DNA of 64,000 nucleotides from an uncultured Solirubrobacterales bacterium (GTDB lineage Bacteria; Actinomycetota; Thermoleophilia; Solirubrobacterales; 70-9). Shown here in pieces: positions 43,420-52,618 of this stretch (positions are counted from its first letter, which is position 1; each line of letters begins with the position of its first letter). The DNA is taken from the NCBI GenBank assembly GCA_963701265.1, contig OY969581.1, positions 2,002,372 to 2,066,371 of the forward strand, read 5' to 3'. Made by a program: the position numbers and the translations under genes. The notes under the pieces were generated by a model. That model was not told the origin of the DNA. It saw nothing but the letters and a program-made list of their open reading frames with translations, and made no database searches.

Positions 43420-44516
43420 TGAGCGTCCGCGCCAGCGACCTCGTGGTCGACATCGTGATCAACAACTACAACTACGGCGCCTTCCTCGAGGACGCAATCG
43501 AGAGCGCTTGCGGACAGACGCACGAGCGGGTCAACGTGCTCGCCGTCGACGACGGCTCGACCGACGACTCGCGCCAGATCCTCGCCCGTTACGGCGACCG
43601 GATCGGCCTGATCCTGCAGGAGAACGGCGGCCAGGCGGCAGCGCTCAACGCCGGCATGGAGCGCTGCGAAGGCGACGTGGTGATCTTCCTCGACGCCGAT
43701 GACGTGCTGCGACCCGAGGCGGCGGCCCGCGTCGCCGCCGCCTTCGCCGCCGATGCGGGCGTCAGCAAGGTGCAGTTCCGGATGGAGACGATCGACGCCG
43801 AGGGCGAGCCGACCGGCGAGCTCAAGCCCGCCGCCCACCTGCCGCTGCCAAACGGCGACGTGCGCGCGGCCGAGCTCGCCTACCCCTACGACCTGGTCTG
43901 GATGGCAACCAGCGCCAACGCCTTTCGCAGTGAGGCGCTGCGGCGCATCCTGCCGATCCCGGTGCGGGAGTACCCGGTGACGGGCGCCGACTGGTACCTG
44001 GTCCACCTGAGCGCGCTGCTCGGCCGCGTCGTCTCGCTCGATGTGGTCGGCGCCGGCTACCGCGTGCACGGTGCCAACAGCTACGAACTGGAGCAGGGTC
44101 GCCTTGACCTCGATCACTTGCGCCAGGCGATCGGCTTCGCCGCCAGCACCTCGCGCGAATTGCTGCGCCTCGCCGACGAGCTCACGCTGGCACCGCCAGA
44201 ACGGATCCTCTCGCTCGCCGACCTCGCCAACCGGATGGCCTCGCTCAAGATCGAGCCGGCGCGCCACCCGATCGCAAGCGATCGCCCGCTCGGCCTGGTT
44301 GCCGACGCGGTCGGCGCCGCGCGCCGCCGCGGCGGGATCTCGCCGGCGATGAAGGCGATCTTCATCGCCTGGTTCGTGGCGATGGCGGCGGCGCCGCGCG
44401 GTCTTGCCCATCGACTTGCCGAGCTCTTCATGTTTCCCGAGCGGCGCCGCTCGCTGAACGGGGTGCTGGGCCGGCTGCAACGCTCCGGCGGCGCGACTGC
44501 GACTGTGGTGGCCTGA
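43419..44516 (+). CDS. GT2 family glycosyltransferase
   Basis: ATG at 43419 overlaps the preceding TGA, inside track ORF 42372..44516. DIVINNYNYGAFLEDAIESA...VDDGSTDDS...FLDADD. Confidence 0.85.
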   Translation: MSVRASDLVVDIVINNYNYGAFLEDAIESACGQTHERVNVLAVDDGSTDDSRQILARYGDRIGLILQENGGQAAALNAGMERCEGDVVIFLDADDVLRPEAAARVAAAFAADAGVSKVQFRMETIDAEGEPTGELKPAAHLPLPNGDVRAAELAYPYDLVWMATSANAFRSEALRRILPIPVREYPVTGADWYLVHLSALLGRVVSLDVVGAGYRVHGANSYELEQGRLDLDHLRQAIGFAASTSRELLRLADELTLAPPERILSLADLANRMASLKIEPARHPIASDRPLGLVADAVGAARRRGGISPAMKAIFIAWFVAMAAAPRGLAHRLAELFMFPERRRSLNGVLGRLQRSGGATATVVA

Positions 44517-44517
44517 G

Positions 44518-45762
44518 ATGCGGATCCTGATCGCCACCGACCACTTCCCCCCCTACATCGGCGGCGCCCATCGCCAGGCGCAACTGATCGCGCGGGCGAT
44601 GGCCGAGCGCGGCCACGAGGTCGCCGTCGCCACGCCCTGGCACGGCGGGCTGCAGCGGGTCGAAACCGATGGCGATGTCACCGTGCACCGGGTGCGCCAG
44701 CTGCGCACGGTCTTCCCGGCGCTGGTGCGCGACGACCGGCAGCGACACCAGCCGCCCTTTCCCGACCCGGTCACGGTTGCCGGCCTGCGGCGGCTGATCG
44801 CCGAGTTCGAACCGGAGATCATCCACGCCTACGGTTGGCTCGCCTTCTCGGTCGCGGTTGCCCTCGGCCGCAAGCGGATCCCGATGCTGGTCTCCGCCCG
44901 CGACTACGGCTACTTCTGCGCCACCCGGACCCTGCTGCGCAAGGGCGCACCCTGCAGCGGACCGGGCCCGGCCAAGTGCCTGGCCTGCGCCGGCGACTAC
45001 TACGGCCGGCCCAAGGGCTGGCTGGCGGCTGCCGGCGTTGCCGTCTCCAAACCGATGCTGGCCCGCAAGATGACCGGCCTGCACAGCGTCAGCACCTACG
45101 TCCACGACGTCACCGTCGAGCACGTGCGGGCGCCCGGCAACGACCTGGTCGAGGTGACGATCCCGAGCTTCCAGGAGGCGCCCTCTACGGAGGGCATCGA
45201 CATCGACGGCTGGCTCGCCCGCCTGCCGGCCGAGCCGTTCATCCTCTTCGTCGGCGCCTTCCGCAAGGTCAAGGGCCTGGAGACGCTGTTCGACGCCTAC
45301 CGCCAGCTTGACTCGCCACCGCCGCTGGTGCTGATGGGGACCTACGAGCGCGATTCCCCCACCGACTTCCCCCCCGAGGCGGTCGTGCTGACCGACGTGC
45401 CCAACGCAGCGGTGATGGCGGCTTGGGACAAGGCGATGTTCGGGGTCATGCCCTCGCTCTGGCCGGAGCCGCTCGGCGCCACCGTGGCCGAGGGGATGAG
45501 CCGCGGCCGTCCCGTAATCGGCACCCGGCTCGGCGGCCACGCCGACATGCTCACCGACTCGGCCGGGATGCTCGTGCCGCAGGGCGACGTCGAGGCGCTG
45601 CGGAGGGCGATGGAGCAGCTGATCGCCGATCCGGTGCTGCGCGAGGAGATGGGCCGAGCCGCGGCCGAGCGGGCCCGCAGCTTCCGCGCGGAAAACGTCC
45701 TGCCGCGTTTCGAGGACGCCTACCGGACGGTGATCGCGGCCGGCACGGACACGGCCGGATGA
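44518..45762 (+). CDS. GT4 (GT-B) glycosyltransferase with a 4-Cys insertion
   Basis: 414 aa. MRILIATDHFPPYIGGAHR, plus a C-terminal EPLGATVAEGMSRGRPVIGT (E-x7-E-like region). Cys at residues 134/146/154/157 (FCATRTLLRKGAPCSGPGPAKCLAC). Confidence 0.85.
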   Translation: MRILIATDHFPPYIGGAHRQAQLIARAMAERGHEVAVATPWHGGLQRVETDGDVTVHRVRQLRTVFPALVRDDRQRHQPPFPDPVTVAGLRRLIAEFEPEIIHAYGWLAFSVAVALGRKRIPMLVSARDYGYFCATRTLLRKGAPCSGPGPAKCLACAGDYYGRPKGWLAAAGVAVSKPMLARKMTGLHSVSTYVHDVTVEHVRAPGNDLVEVTIPSFQEAPSTEGIDIDGWLARLPAEPFILFVGAFRKVKGLETLFDAYRQLDSPPPLVLMGTYERDSPTDFPPEAVVLTDVPNAAVMAAWDKAMFGVMPSLWPEPLGATVAEGMSRGRPVIGTRLGGHADMLTDSAGMLVPQGDVEALRRAMEQLIADPVLREEMGRAAAERARSFRAENVLPRFEDAYRTVIAAGTDTAG

Positions 45763-46985
45763 GGATCCTCATCGTCGCGCCGATGCCGCCGCAACCGGCC
45801 GGCGGCGGCGCAATACCCGTTCTGCTCGAGGCCCAGATCGCCGGCCTGCGCGAGCGCAACGAGGTGACTTTCGTCAGCGCCATCGGCGAAGAGCCCGGCG
45901 AAGCGGAGGCGGCCGAGCGGCTGCGAGACTCGGGGCTGGAAGCCCACTTCGCCGATCGGCGCCAGCCGCGGGCGGCGCGCCCGCGCTGGCGGCGGCGGGC
46001 ACGGATGGCCAGCTCCTGGCTGCTCGGGGGAAGACCCTGGCGCGCCGTCTGGTTCGCCGACCCGGGCATTCAGGCGATCCTCGATCGTCTCGCCAACGCA
46101 CACGACTTCGACGTCGCCGTGGTCGAGGACAGCGCGATGTCGGGCTACCGGCTGCCGGCCGGCGTGCCAACGCTGCTGACCGAGCACGAGGTGCTGCGAC
46201 CGCGGCCGATCGATTGGCATCCAGGTCACCCCAACGAGTGGTCGGGGTGGGCCTTCAACGAGCTCGACTGGCGCAAGCGCCCGCGCTTCCAGCGCGCTGC
46301 CTGGCGCAGCTTCGACCGGGTGCTCGCCTTCGGCAATCGCGACGCGGCGGCAATCGCCGAGCTCGCTCCGGAGCTCGCGCCGCGGGTCCGGGTCAGCCCC
46401 TTCGGCCTGCCCCTGCCAGCGCTTGCCGACCCTCAGGGAGAGCAGCCCGAGAGCGTCCTCTTCGTCGGCAACTTCACCCACCAGCCCAACCGCGATGCGG
46501 CGCTCTGGCTGGCGCGCGAGATCATGCCGGCGCTGCTTTCGCAGCGGCCCGGAGCGCGCCTGCGCATCGTCGGCAGCAGCCCACCGCCGGAGATCCTCGC
46601 CCTCGCCGGCGAGTCGGTCGAGGTGATCGCCGACGCGCCCAGCGTCGAGCCCTACCTCGCCGCCGCCGCGGTCGTGGTCGCCCCGGTGCGCACCGGTGGC
46701 GGCATGCGAATGAAGGTGCTGCAGGCGCTTGCCGCCGGCAAGGCCGTGGTCACCACGAGCCGCGGCAGCGAGGGTTTCGACTGCTTCGAGCCCGCGGCGC
46801 CGCTCACCGTCGCCGATGACGTCGGCGCCTTTGCCGGCGGCGTCGCCGCGTTGCTGGCCGACTCAAACCGCCGCCGGGCACTCAGTCAGGCGGCGCGCCA
46901 CTTCGCTGAGGCCCACTACAGCCCCGATGCCTGGGCGGGACGGCTTGAAGACGCCTACCGCGAGGCCATCAGGGGGCATGGCTAG
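45759..46985 (+). CDS. GT4 (GT-B) glycosyltransferase
   Basis: ATG at 45759 overlaps the preceding TGA, inside track ORF 45423..46985. MRILIVAPMPPQPAGGGAI...GGGMRMKVLQALAAGKAVVTT. Confidence 0.8.
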   Translation: MRILIVAPMPPQPAGGGAIPVLLEAQIAGLRERNEVTFVSAIGEEPGEAEAAERLRDSGLEAHFADRRQPRAARPRWRRRARMASSWLLGGRPWRAVWFADPGIQAILDRLANAHDFDVAVVEDSAMSGYRLPAGVPTLLTEHEVLRPRPIDWHPGHPNEWSGWAFNELDWRKRPRFQRAAWRSFDRVLAFGNRDAAAIAELAPELAPRVRVSPFGLPLPALADPQGEQPESVLFVGNFTHQPNRDAALWLAREIMPALLSQRPGARLRIVGSSPPPEILALAGESVEVIADAPSVEPYLAAAAVVVAPVRTGGGMRMKVLQALAAGKAVVTTSRGSEGFDCFEPAAPLTVADDVGAFAGGVAALLADSNRRRALSQAARHFAEAHYSPDAWAGRLEDAYREAIRGHG

Positions 46986-48102
46986 GCTCGCGCCAGTGGT
47001 CGAGGCCCGGATACTCGAGCAGGAGTCCCAGCTGGCGGCAATCCGCGAGCAATGGGACGGACTGGCGGTGGGGCTGGGAATGCCCTACGCGTCGCCAGCC
47101 TGGATGCTCGCCTGGTGGCACCACGCCGCCCCCGAAGGCGCCGTGATGCGGGTCGTCACCGTCAGTGACGGCGAGCAACTGCTGGGGATAGCGCCCTTCT
47201 TCGCCGCCAGCGGTGAGCAGCGCAGCGCCCACTACCAACTGATGAGCTCCCGCCTGGCCCCGCCGGCGCCGATCCTGGTCGACCCCGATCGCGCCGCCGA
47301 GACGGTTCCGGCGCTGGCCAAGGCACTGAGCCAGGCGGCGCCCAAGCCCGCCCTGCTGCGAATTGAGGGCAGCGTGGACATGCACGCCCTGACCACGGAT
47401 GCGATCGCCGCCGCCTGGCCTGGAATCCGGCCGCAGGCGCAGCGCACGGAAGTGGTGCCGATGCCGATGGTGGTGATCGAGGGACGCAGCTATGACGAGT
47501 GGCTGGGTGAGAAGCGCAGCAAGTTCCGCCAGGAGGCCAAGCGGCGCCGGCGCAAGCTGGAGGAAGCCGGCGGCAGCTTCCGCCTGGCCACCGCCGCCGA
47601 CGTGGAGAGCGCGATCGACGACTTCATGCGCCTGCACGGGGCCCGCTGGCAGACCCGCGGCGGCTCGACCGCGCTGGTCCCCGGGGTGCGCGAGATGCTC
47701 GCCGAGGCAGCGGCGGAGATGCTGCCGAGCGGCCGCCTGCGCATCCACCTGCTCGAGCTGGAGGGGCAGGTGATCGCGGTGCAGATCCTGGTTGCCGCCG
47801 GCGCGGAGGTAATCGGCTGGAGCGGCGGCTTCGACGAAGCGGCGAAGGGACTTGCGCCCGCCGTGCAGCTGACCCTGGAGGCGATTGGCGAGGCGGCGAA
47901 GCAGGGTGATGCCCGCTTCAACCTCGGCCCCGGTGGCCAGGCCTACAAGCAGCGCCTCGCCGACTCGAGTGACGAGATGGCTGTGGTCAAGCTCGTTCCC
48001 CGCGGCGCCGCCTACCCGCGGACGAAGCTGCGCATGGCCTCCGAACGGGCCCGCGCCGACCTGTTGCCCCGCCTGCGGGCAAAGCTGAGCCGTAAGTCGT
48101 GA
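46978..48102 (+). CDS. GNAT-fold acyltransferase, CelD/BcsL/FemAB-like
   Basis: ATG at 46978 inside track ORF 46729..48102. 374 aa. The pattern W..L......P..SP.W...W and a C-terminal F.LG.G...YK motif (FNLGPGGQAYKQRL) are typical of this family. Confidence 0.65.
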   Translation: MARLAPVVEARILEQESQLAAIREQWDGLAVGLGMPYASPAWMLAWWHHAAPEGAVMRVVTVSDGEQLLGIAPFFAASGEQRSAHYQLMSSRLAPPAPILVDPDRAAETVPALAKALSQAAPKPALLRIEGSVDMHALTTDAIAAAWPGIRPQAQRTEVVPMPMVVIEGRSYDEWLGEKRSKFRQEAKRRRRKLEEAGGSFRLATAADVESAIDDFMRLHGARWQTRGGSTALVPGVREMLAEAAAEMLPSGRLRIHLLELEGQVIAVQILVAAGAEVIGWSGGFDEAAKGLAPAVQLTLEAIGEAAKQGDARFNLGPGGQAYKQRLADSSDEMAVVKLVPRGAAYPRTKLRMASERARADLLPRLRAKLSRKS

Positions 48103-49133
48103 ACGAGAGTCCCGAGGCCAGCGTGATCATCCCCACCCACCAGCGCCGCGAGGCGCTGCGCCGGGCGCTGCTCGCCTTTGCCGAGCAGACCGCAGCCGCT
48201 GGGAGCTACGAGGTCGTGATCTCGATCGACGGCTGCAGCGATGGCACCCGCGAGATGATCGCCGAGCTGCAGGAGCGTGTGCCCTACGCGCTGCGCTGCG
48301 TCGAGGGGCGAGGCAGCGGGCGGGCCGCAGCACGCAACGTTGCGCTCGCCGACGCTCGGGGGGCCGTAACGATTCTGCTCGACGACGACATGGAGCCGGC
48401 CCCCGAGTTCATCGAGCGCCATCTCGCCAACCACGCGGCCGGGTCGCGGCTCTGCGTGCTCGGCCCGGTGCCGGTCGAGCTCGACTCCGCCAGCCCGCAC
48501 GCGGCGGCTTACGTCAAGGCGAAGTTCGCCGACCACCTCGAGCAGCTCTCGCGCCCCGGACACCGCTTCGTCGCCCGCGACTTCTACTCCGGCAACGCCT
48601 CGCTCCCCACCGAGCTGCTGCGCGGGGTCGGCGCCTTCGACGAGAGCTTCGCGCCCTACGGCAACGAGGACGTCGAGCTCTCGCTGCGGCTGGCCAAGGC
48701 CGGGGTCGAGTTCCGCTTTGACCCCGGCGCGCTGGCGCGGCAGGAATACGACAAGGACTTCGCCGGCCTGGCCCGCGACACCCACGAGAAGGGGCGCACC
48801 ACGGTGCTGCTCGCACAGCGCCATCCCGACGCCTTCGCGGCGCTGCGCCTGGCGACGCCGTGGGACGGATCGCGCCCCTGGCTGGCGGCGCGGGGGCTGC
48901 TGCTGCGCCTGACGCGGGCGCGTCCCGGCCTCGCTGCCCGCATCCTTTCCCTCGCCGGGGGCCTGGAGCGGCTCGGCTTCTGGCGCCAGCCGCTCTTCTA
49001 CCGCGCAGCCCTCGACTACGCCTTCTGGGCAGGGGTCGAGGTGGCACTGGACGAATCCCAAGACGGCGGTGCGCTGGCAGAGCTGGCAGCCGAGCTAAAT
49101 CGTGGCCCGATCGATCTTCTTCTACACCGATAG
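48099..49133 (+). CDS. GT2 family glycosyltransferase (paralogue group with 51671 and 52615)
   Basis: 344 aa. ASVIIPTHQRREALRRAL...SIDGCSDGT...LLDDDMEP...GNASLPTELL...EDVELSLRL. Confidence 0.85.
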   Translation: MNESPEASVIIPTHQRREALRRALLAFAEQTAAAGSYEVVISIDGCSDGTREMIAELQERVPYALRCVEGRGSGRAAARNVALADARGAVTILLDDDMEPAPEFIERHLANHAAGSRLCVLGPVPVELDSASPHAAAYVKAKFADHLEQLSRPGHRFVARDFYSGNASLPTELLRGVGAFDESFAPYGNEDVELSLRLAKAGVEFRFDPGALARQEYDKDFAGLARDTHEKGRTTVLLAQRHPDAFAALRLATPWDGSRPWLAARGLLLRLTRARPGLAARILSLAGGLERLGFWRQPLFYRAALDYAFWAGVEVALDESQDGGALAELAAELNRGPIDLLLHR

Positions 49134-50229
49134 CCGCGAACTCGGTGGCGCCGAGAACGCGATGCTGATGCTGCTGGCGACGCTCGACCGCGCCCGCTGG
49201 CAGCCGACCCTGCTGCTCGACGCGGGCGGCGACGCTGCACCGCTGGAAGAGCGAGCAGCAGCGATCGAAGTGCCGACGCGACGGGTCCCCGCGATGCCGC
49301 TCGGCCTTGCCGGCGGCCGCCGCGCGGTCGGCCTGGCGCGCTGGCTGCGCCGCCAGCGGCCGGCGCTCTTCCACGCCCACCTGAGCTGGCCGCTGGCAGC
49401 CAAGTGGGGACTGGCCGCGGCGGTCCTGGCCCGGGTGCCGAGCGTGGCAACGGTGCAGCTGATTCCCGAGATGGAGCTGGAGCGCTCCAGCGCGCTGCAG
49501 CTGCGCCTGCTCTCGCGCGGGGTCGGCCGCTACATCGCCGTTTCGAGCGCGATCGCGCGTGAGCTCGACCAGCGCTTCGGCTGGCCGGCGGAGAGGATCG
49601 AGATCGTCTACAACGCGGTCGAACTCGATCGCTTCGATGTCCCAGCGCCATCCGGGCTGCGCGAGGAGCTCGGCGGCAGCGACGACGTGCCCCTGGTCCT
49701 CACCCCGGCGCGGCTCGACGAGCAGAAGGGCCACGACGTCCTCTTTCGCGCCGCGGCCGAGGTGCCCGAGGCGCGGTTCGTGCTCGCCGGCGACGGGCCG
49801 CTGCGCGGCCGGCTTGAAGCGGAAGTGGCGCAGCTCGAGCTCAGCGAGCGCGTGCTCTTCCTAGGCCGCCGCGACGACATCCCGGCCTTGCTCGCCGCCT
49901 GCGACGTCTTCGCCCTGCCCTCACTGTACGAGGGCTCCTCGCTGGCGGTGCTCGAGGCGATGGCAGCTCGACGGGCCGTGGTCAGCTCGGCGATCGGCGG
50001 CACTGCCGAGCTGATCGAGGACGGCGAGACCGGCTTGCTCGTCCCTCCCGGCGACGACGCCGCCCTGGCCGCGGCGCTGCGGCGCCTGCTCGCCGACGTC
50101 CCCGTGCGCGACGGCATGGCCGAGCGCGCCCGACAGCGGGCGGAAGCGGAGTTCAGCCGGGAGACGATGGGGAAGCGGGTCGAAGCCATCTACGCGGGAC
50201 TGGTGGGCGATGGACCAGACCGCGATTGA
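49102..50229 (+). CDS. GT4 (GT-B) glycosyltransferase
   Basis: 375 aa with a GTG start. ELGGAENAML...LPSLYEGSSLAVLEAMAARRAVVSSAIGGTAELIEDGETGLLVPPGD is the E-x7-E motif region. Confidence 0.85.
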   Translation: MARSIFFYTDSRELGGAENAMLMLLATLDRARWQPTLLLDAGGDAAPLEERAAAIEVPTRRVPAMPLGLAGGRRAVGLARWLRRQRPALFHAHLSWPLAAKWGLAAAVLARVPSVATVQLIPEMELERSSALQLRLLSRGVGRYIAVSSAIARELDQRFGWPAERIEIVYNAVELDRFDVPAPSGLREELGGSDDVPLVLTPARLDEQKGHDVLFRAAAEVPEARFVLAGDGPLRGRLEAEVAQLELSERVLFLGRRDDIPALLAACDVFALPSLYEGSSLAVLEAMAARRAVVSSAIGGTAELIEDGETGLLVPPGDDAALAAALRRLLADVPVRDGMAERARQRAEAEFSRETMGKRVEAIYAGLVGDGPDRD

Positions 50230-51661
50230 GTCGCTGCCCGAGGAGCGGCGCAACGCGCTCCTGCGACGCGCCGACTGGCGCTTCCTGCTGCGCCGTGGCG
50301 AGAGCCCAAGCCCCGGCAACCCGCACACGATCGGCTTTCCGGGGCGGCGCGCATTGACGGCCGCCCGCGCCTCCCTGCCCGAGGGCGGCGAGCTGCTCTG
50401 CAGCTGGCGGTTGCCGCGGCTGGGGGGAACCCAGCGCGCCCGTCGCCGGCTCGAGCGGGCCGGCTTCACCGACCTGCGCCTGCTCTGGCCGGGACCGCTC
50501 CCCCACCGGCCACCGCAGTTCTGGCTGCCGCCCGACTCCCCCGCAGCGATCGAGCACCTGCTCGCAAGCCGCCCGGCCGGCTCATCCGGCCAGGCGCTGC
50601 TGCGGCCGCTCTGGCGCCTCGCCGCCCGGCTCGGCCTGCTGGCGCCGGTCTTCGTCCTCGCCCGGCTCCCCGCCAGCCCACCAGCCGACGAGGACGAGCT
50701 GGCGCCGTACCTGGGGGCCGACACCCCCTGCCTCCTCCTCACCGGTGGCCGGCGCAGCATCAACAAGGTCGTTGCCCTGCCCTTCCCGCCAGGCGCATCG
50801 CGGCCCGCCGCCGTGGTCAAGTTCTCGCGCCTGGCCGAGGCCGAGCGGGCGCTCGAACGCGAGGCCGAGGCCCTGGAATCGCTTGCCCGCGCCCACCCCG
50901 GTGTCACCGGAGTGCCGCGCGTGCTGGCCCAAGGGCGCCGCGGCGGCGGCTACGGGCTGGCGGAGAGTGCGATCTACGGCAAGCCGCTGATCGGTGAGCT
51001 CTCGCCGCAGAGCTTTGGCGAGCTGGCCGGCCGTGTTGCCGACAATCTGGCTGGCCTGGTCGCAGATGCACCGACCGATGCCGGCGACTGGCGAGAGCGC
51101 CTCATCGCCGCGCCCTTGGCCGAGTTCGAGCGCAACTTCGGCGCCGTCGCAGCGCCGGGAACCGTGGACACTGCGAGGGCCTTGCTCGACGGCCTTGAGG
51201 AAATGCCGCAAGCCTGCGAGCACCGCGACTGCTCGCCCTGGAACGTGCTGCTGGACGAGGCTGGCGCCCCCGCCCTGCTCGACTGGGAGTCGGCCGAGCC
51301 CCGCGGCCTGCCCGGCCTCGACCTTGCCTACTTCCTCGCCAACGCCGCCTTCGTCCTCGACGGCAGCCTCGACAGCGGCCGCACCCGCGAGAGCTACGCG
51401 CGCCAGCTCGATCCCAGTGGCCCCTACCACGCAGCCAGCGAGCGCTGCGTCGCTGACTACTGCGAGCGGGTTGGCCTCTCGCCGGACTCCTTCACCCGCC
51501 TGCGACTGCTCGCCTGGGTCGTCCACTCCAAGTCCGACTACGCCCACCTGACGATGGCCGCTGGCTCGGCACCGCAAGCGCCGGCGCTGCGGGAAAGCAC
51601 CTTTCTCGGCCTGGTCGAAGAGGAGCTGGCGCGGCGCCCGTCCGTCGGCGAGCGGGGATAG
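50210..51661 (+). CDS. Protein-kinase-like fold phosphotransferase (APH/choline-kinase family) with an uncharacterised N-terminal region of about 130 aa
   Basis: 483 aa. HRDCSPWNVLL (H-x-D-x4-N catalytic loop) followed by LLDWESAE (D-x-E metal-binding-like). Upstream is a VVKF lysine-containing strand. Confidence 0.65.
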   Translation: MDQTAIESLPEERRNALLRRADWRFLLRRGESPSPGNPHTIGFPGRRALTAARASLPEGGELLCSWRLPRLGGTQRARRRLERAGFTDLRLLWPGPLPHRPPQFWLPPDSPAAIEHLLASRPAGSSGQALLRPLWRLAARLGLLAPVFVLARLPASPPADEDELAPYLGADTPCLLLTGGRRSINKVVALPFPPGASRPAAVVKFSRLAEAERALEREAEALESLARAHPGVTGVPRVLAQGRRGGGYGLAESAIYGKPLIGELSPQSFGELAGRVADNLAGLVADAPTDAGDWRERLIAAPLAEFERNFGAVAAPGTVDTARALLDGLEEMPQACEHRDCSPWNVLLDEAGAPALLDWESAEPRGLPGLDLAYFLANAAFVLDGSLDSGRTRESYARQLDPSGPYHAASERCVADYCERVGLSPDSFTRLRLLAWVVHSKSDYAHLTMAAGSAPQAPALRESTFLGLVEEELARRPSVGERG

Positions 51662-51670
51662 CGTGCGCCC

Positions 51671-52618
51671 GTGGAGCTGAGCGTCATCGTCCCCACCCAC
51701 GATCGCCGGCCGATGTTGGAGCGCTGCCTGCGAGCTCTTGCCGCCCAGGACGCCGACCACGGCGAGTTCGAGGCGGTCGTCGTCGACGACGGCTCCGAGG
51801 ACGGCACCGGAGCTTTCCTCGAAGAGTTCGACACGCCGCTGGTGCTGCGCTCGCTGCGGGTCGAGTCGGTCGGCGCCTCGCGCGCTCGCAACGCCGGCGT
51901 CGAGGCCGCTGCCGGCAGGGTCTGCGCCTTCCTCGACGACGACTGCATACCGGCGCCGGGCTTCGTCGCCGAGCACCTCGGGGCGCACCGGGGCGAGCCG
52001 CGCCTGGTCGGGATCGGGGCGCTGGTCCAGAAGGAGCCAAGCGACGACGACTGGTACGCGCGTGCCTTTGCCAAGGGCTGGCGCGAGCACTACGAGCGGA
52101 TGGAAACGAAGCCGCCAAGCTGGAGCGACTGCTACAGCGGCAACCTCTCCGCCCCCCGCGAGGCTCTGCTCGAGCTCGGCTGCTTCGCCACCGACGTCGC
52201 CGTCGGCGAGGACATCGAGCTCGGCTACCGACTCGAGCAGCAGGGCTTCGCCCTGCGCTACCTGCCGCGGGCGAGCGCCGTCCACGACGACGAGAAGCCG
52301 CGCGAGCGGCTGCTCGCCGACGTGCGCAAGCACGGCCTCGCCTACCTGCAGCTGGCCGAGCGCCATCCCGGGATGAAGCCGAAGCTGCTCGGCTGGTACC
52401 GCGAAGCGAGCCCGCGCGAGCTGCTCCTGCGCCGGGCGCTGCTGGCGCTGCGCCTGCCCGCCTCGGCTCCGGCCGCGCTCGGCGGCCTGGTGCCCGGCGA
52501 CGGCCGACAGGAGCTCTGGTACGGGATCGCCTGGCGCTTCGCCTTCTGGCGCGAGGTCCGCGCCCTGGTCGACCGCGACGCCTGGAACGAGCTGACGGCG
52601 AAGGAGCCGGGCCGGTGA
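51671..52618 (+). CDS. GT2 family glycosyltransferase (paralogue group)
   Basis: 315 aa with a GTG start. LSVIVPTHDRRPMLERCL...VVDDGSEDGT...FLDDDCIPAPGF...YSGNLSAPREAL. Confidence 0.85.
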   Translation: MELSVIVPTHDRRPMLERCLRALAAQDADHGEFEAVVVDDGSEDGTGAFLEEFDTPLVLRSLRVESVGASRARNAGVEAAAGRVCAFLDDDCIPAPGFVAEHLGAHRGEPRLVGIGALVQKEPSDDDWYARAFAKGWREHYERMETKPPSWSDCYSGNLSAPREALLELGCFATDVAVGEDIELGYRLEQQGFALRYLPRASAVHDDEKPRERLLADVRKHGLAYLQLAERHPGMKPKLLGWYREASPRELLLRRALLALRLPASAPAALGGLVPGDGRQELWYGIAWRFAFWREVRALVDRDAWNELTAKEPGR

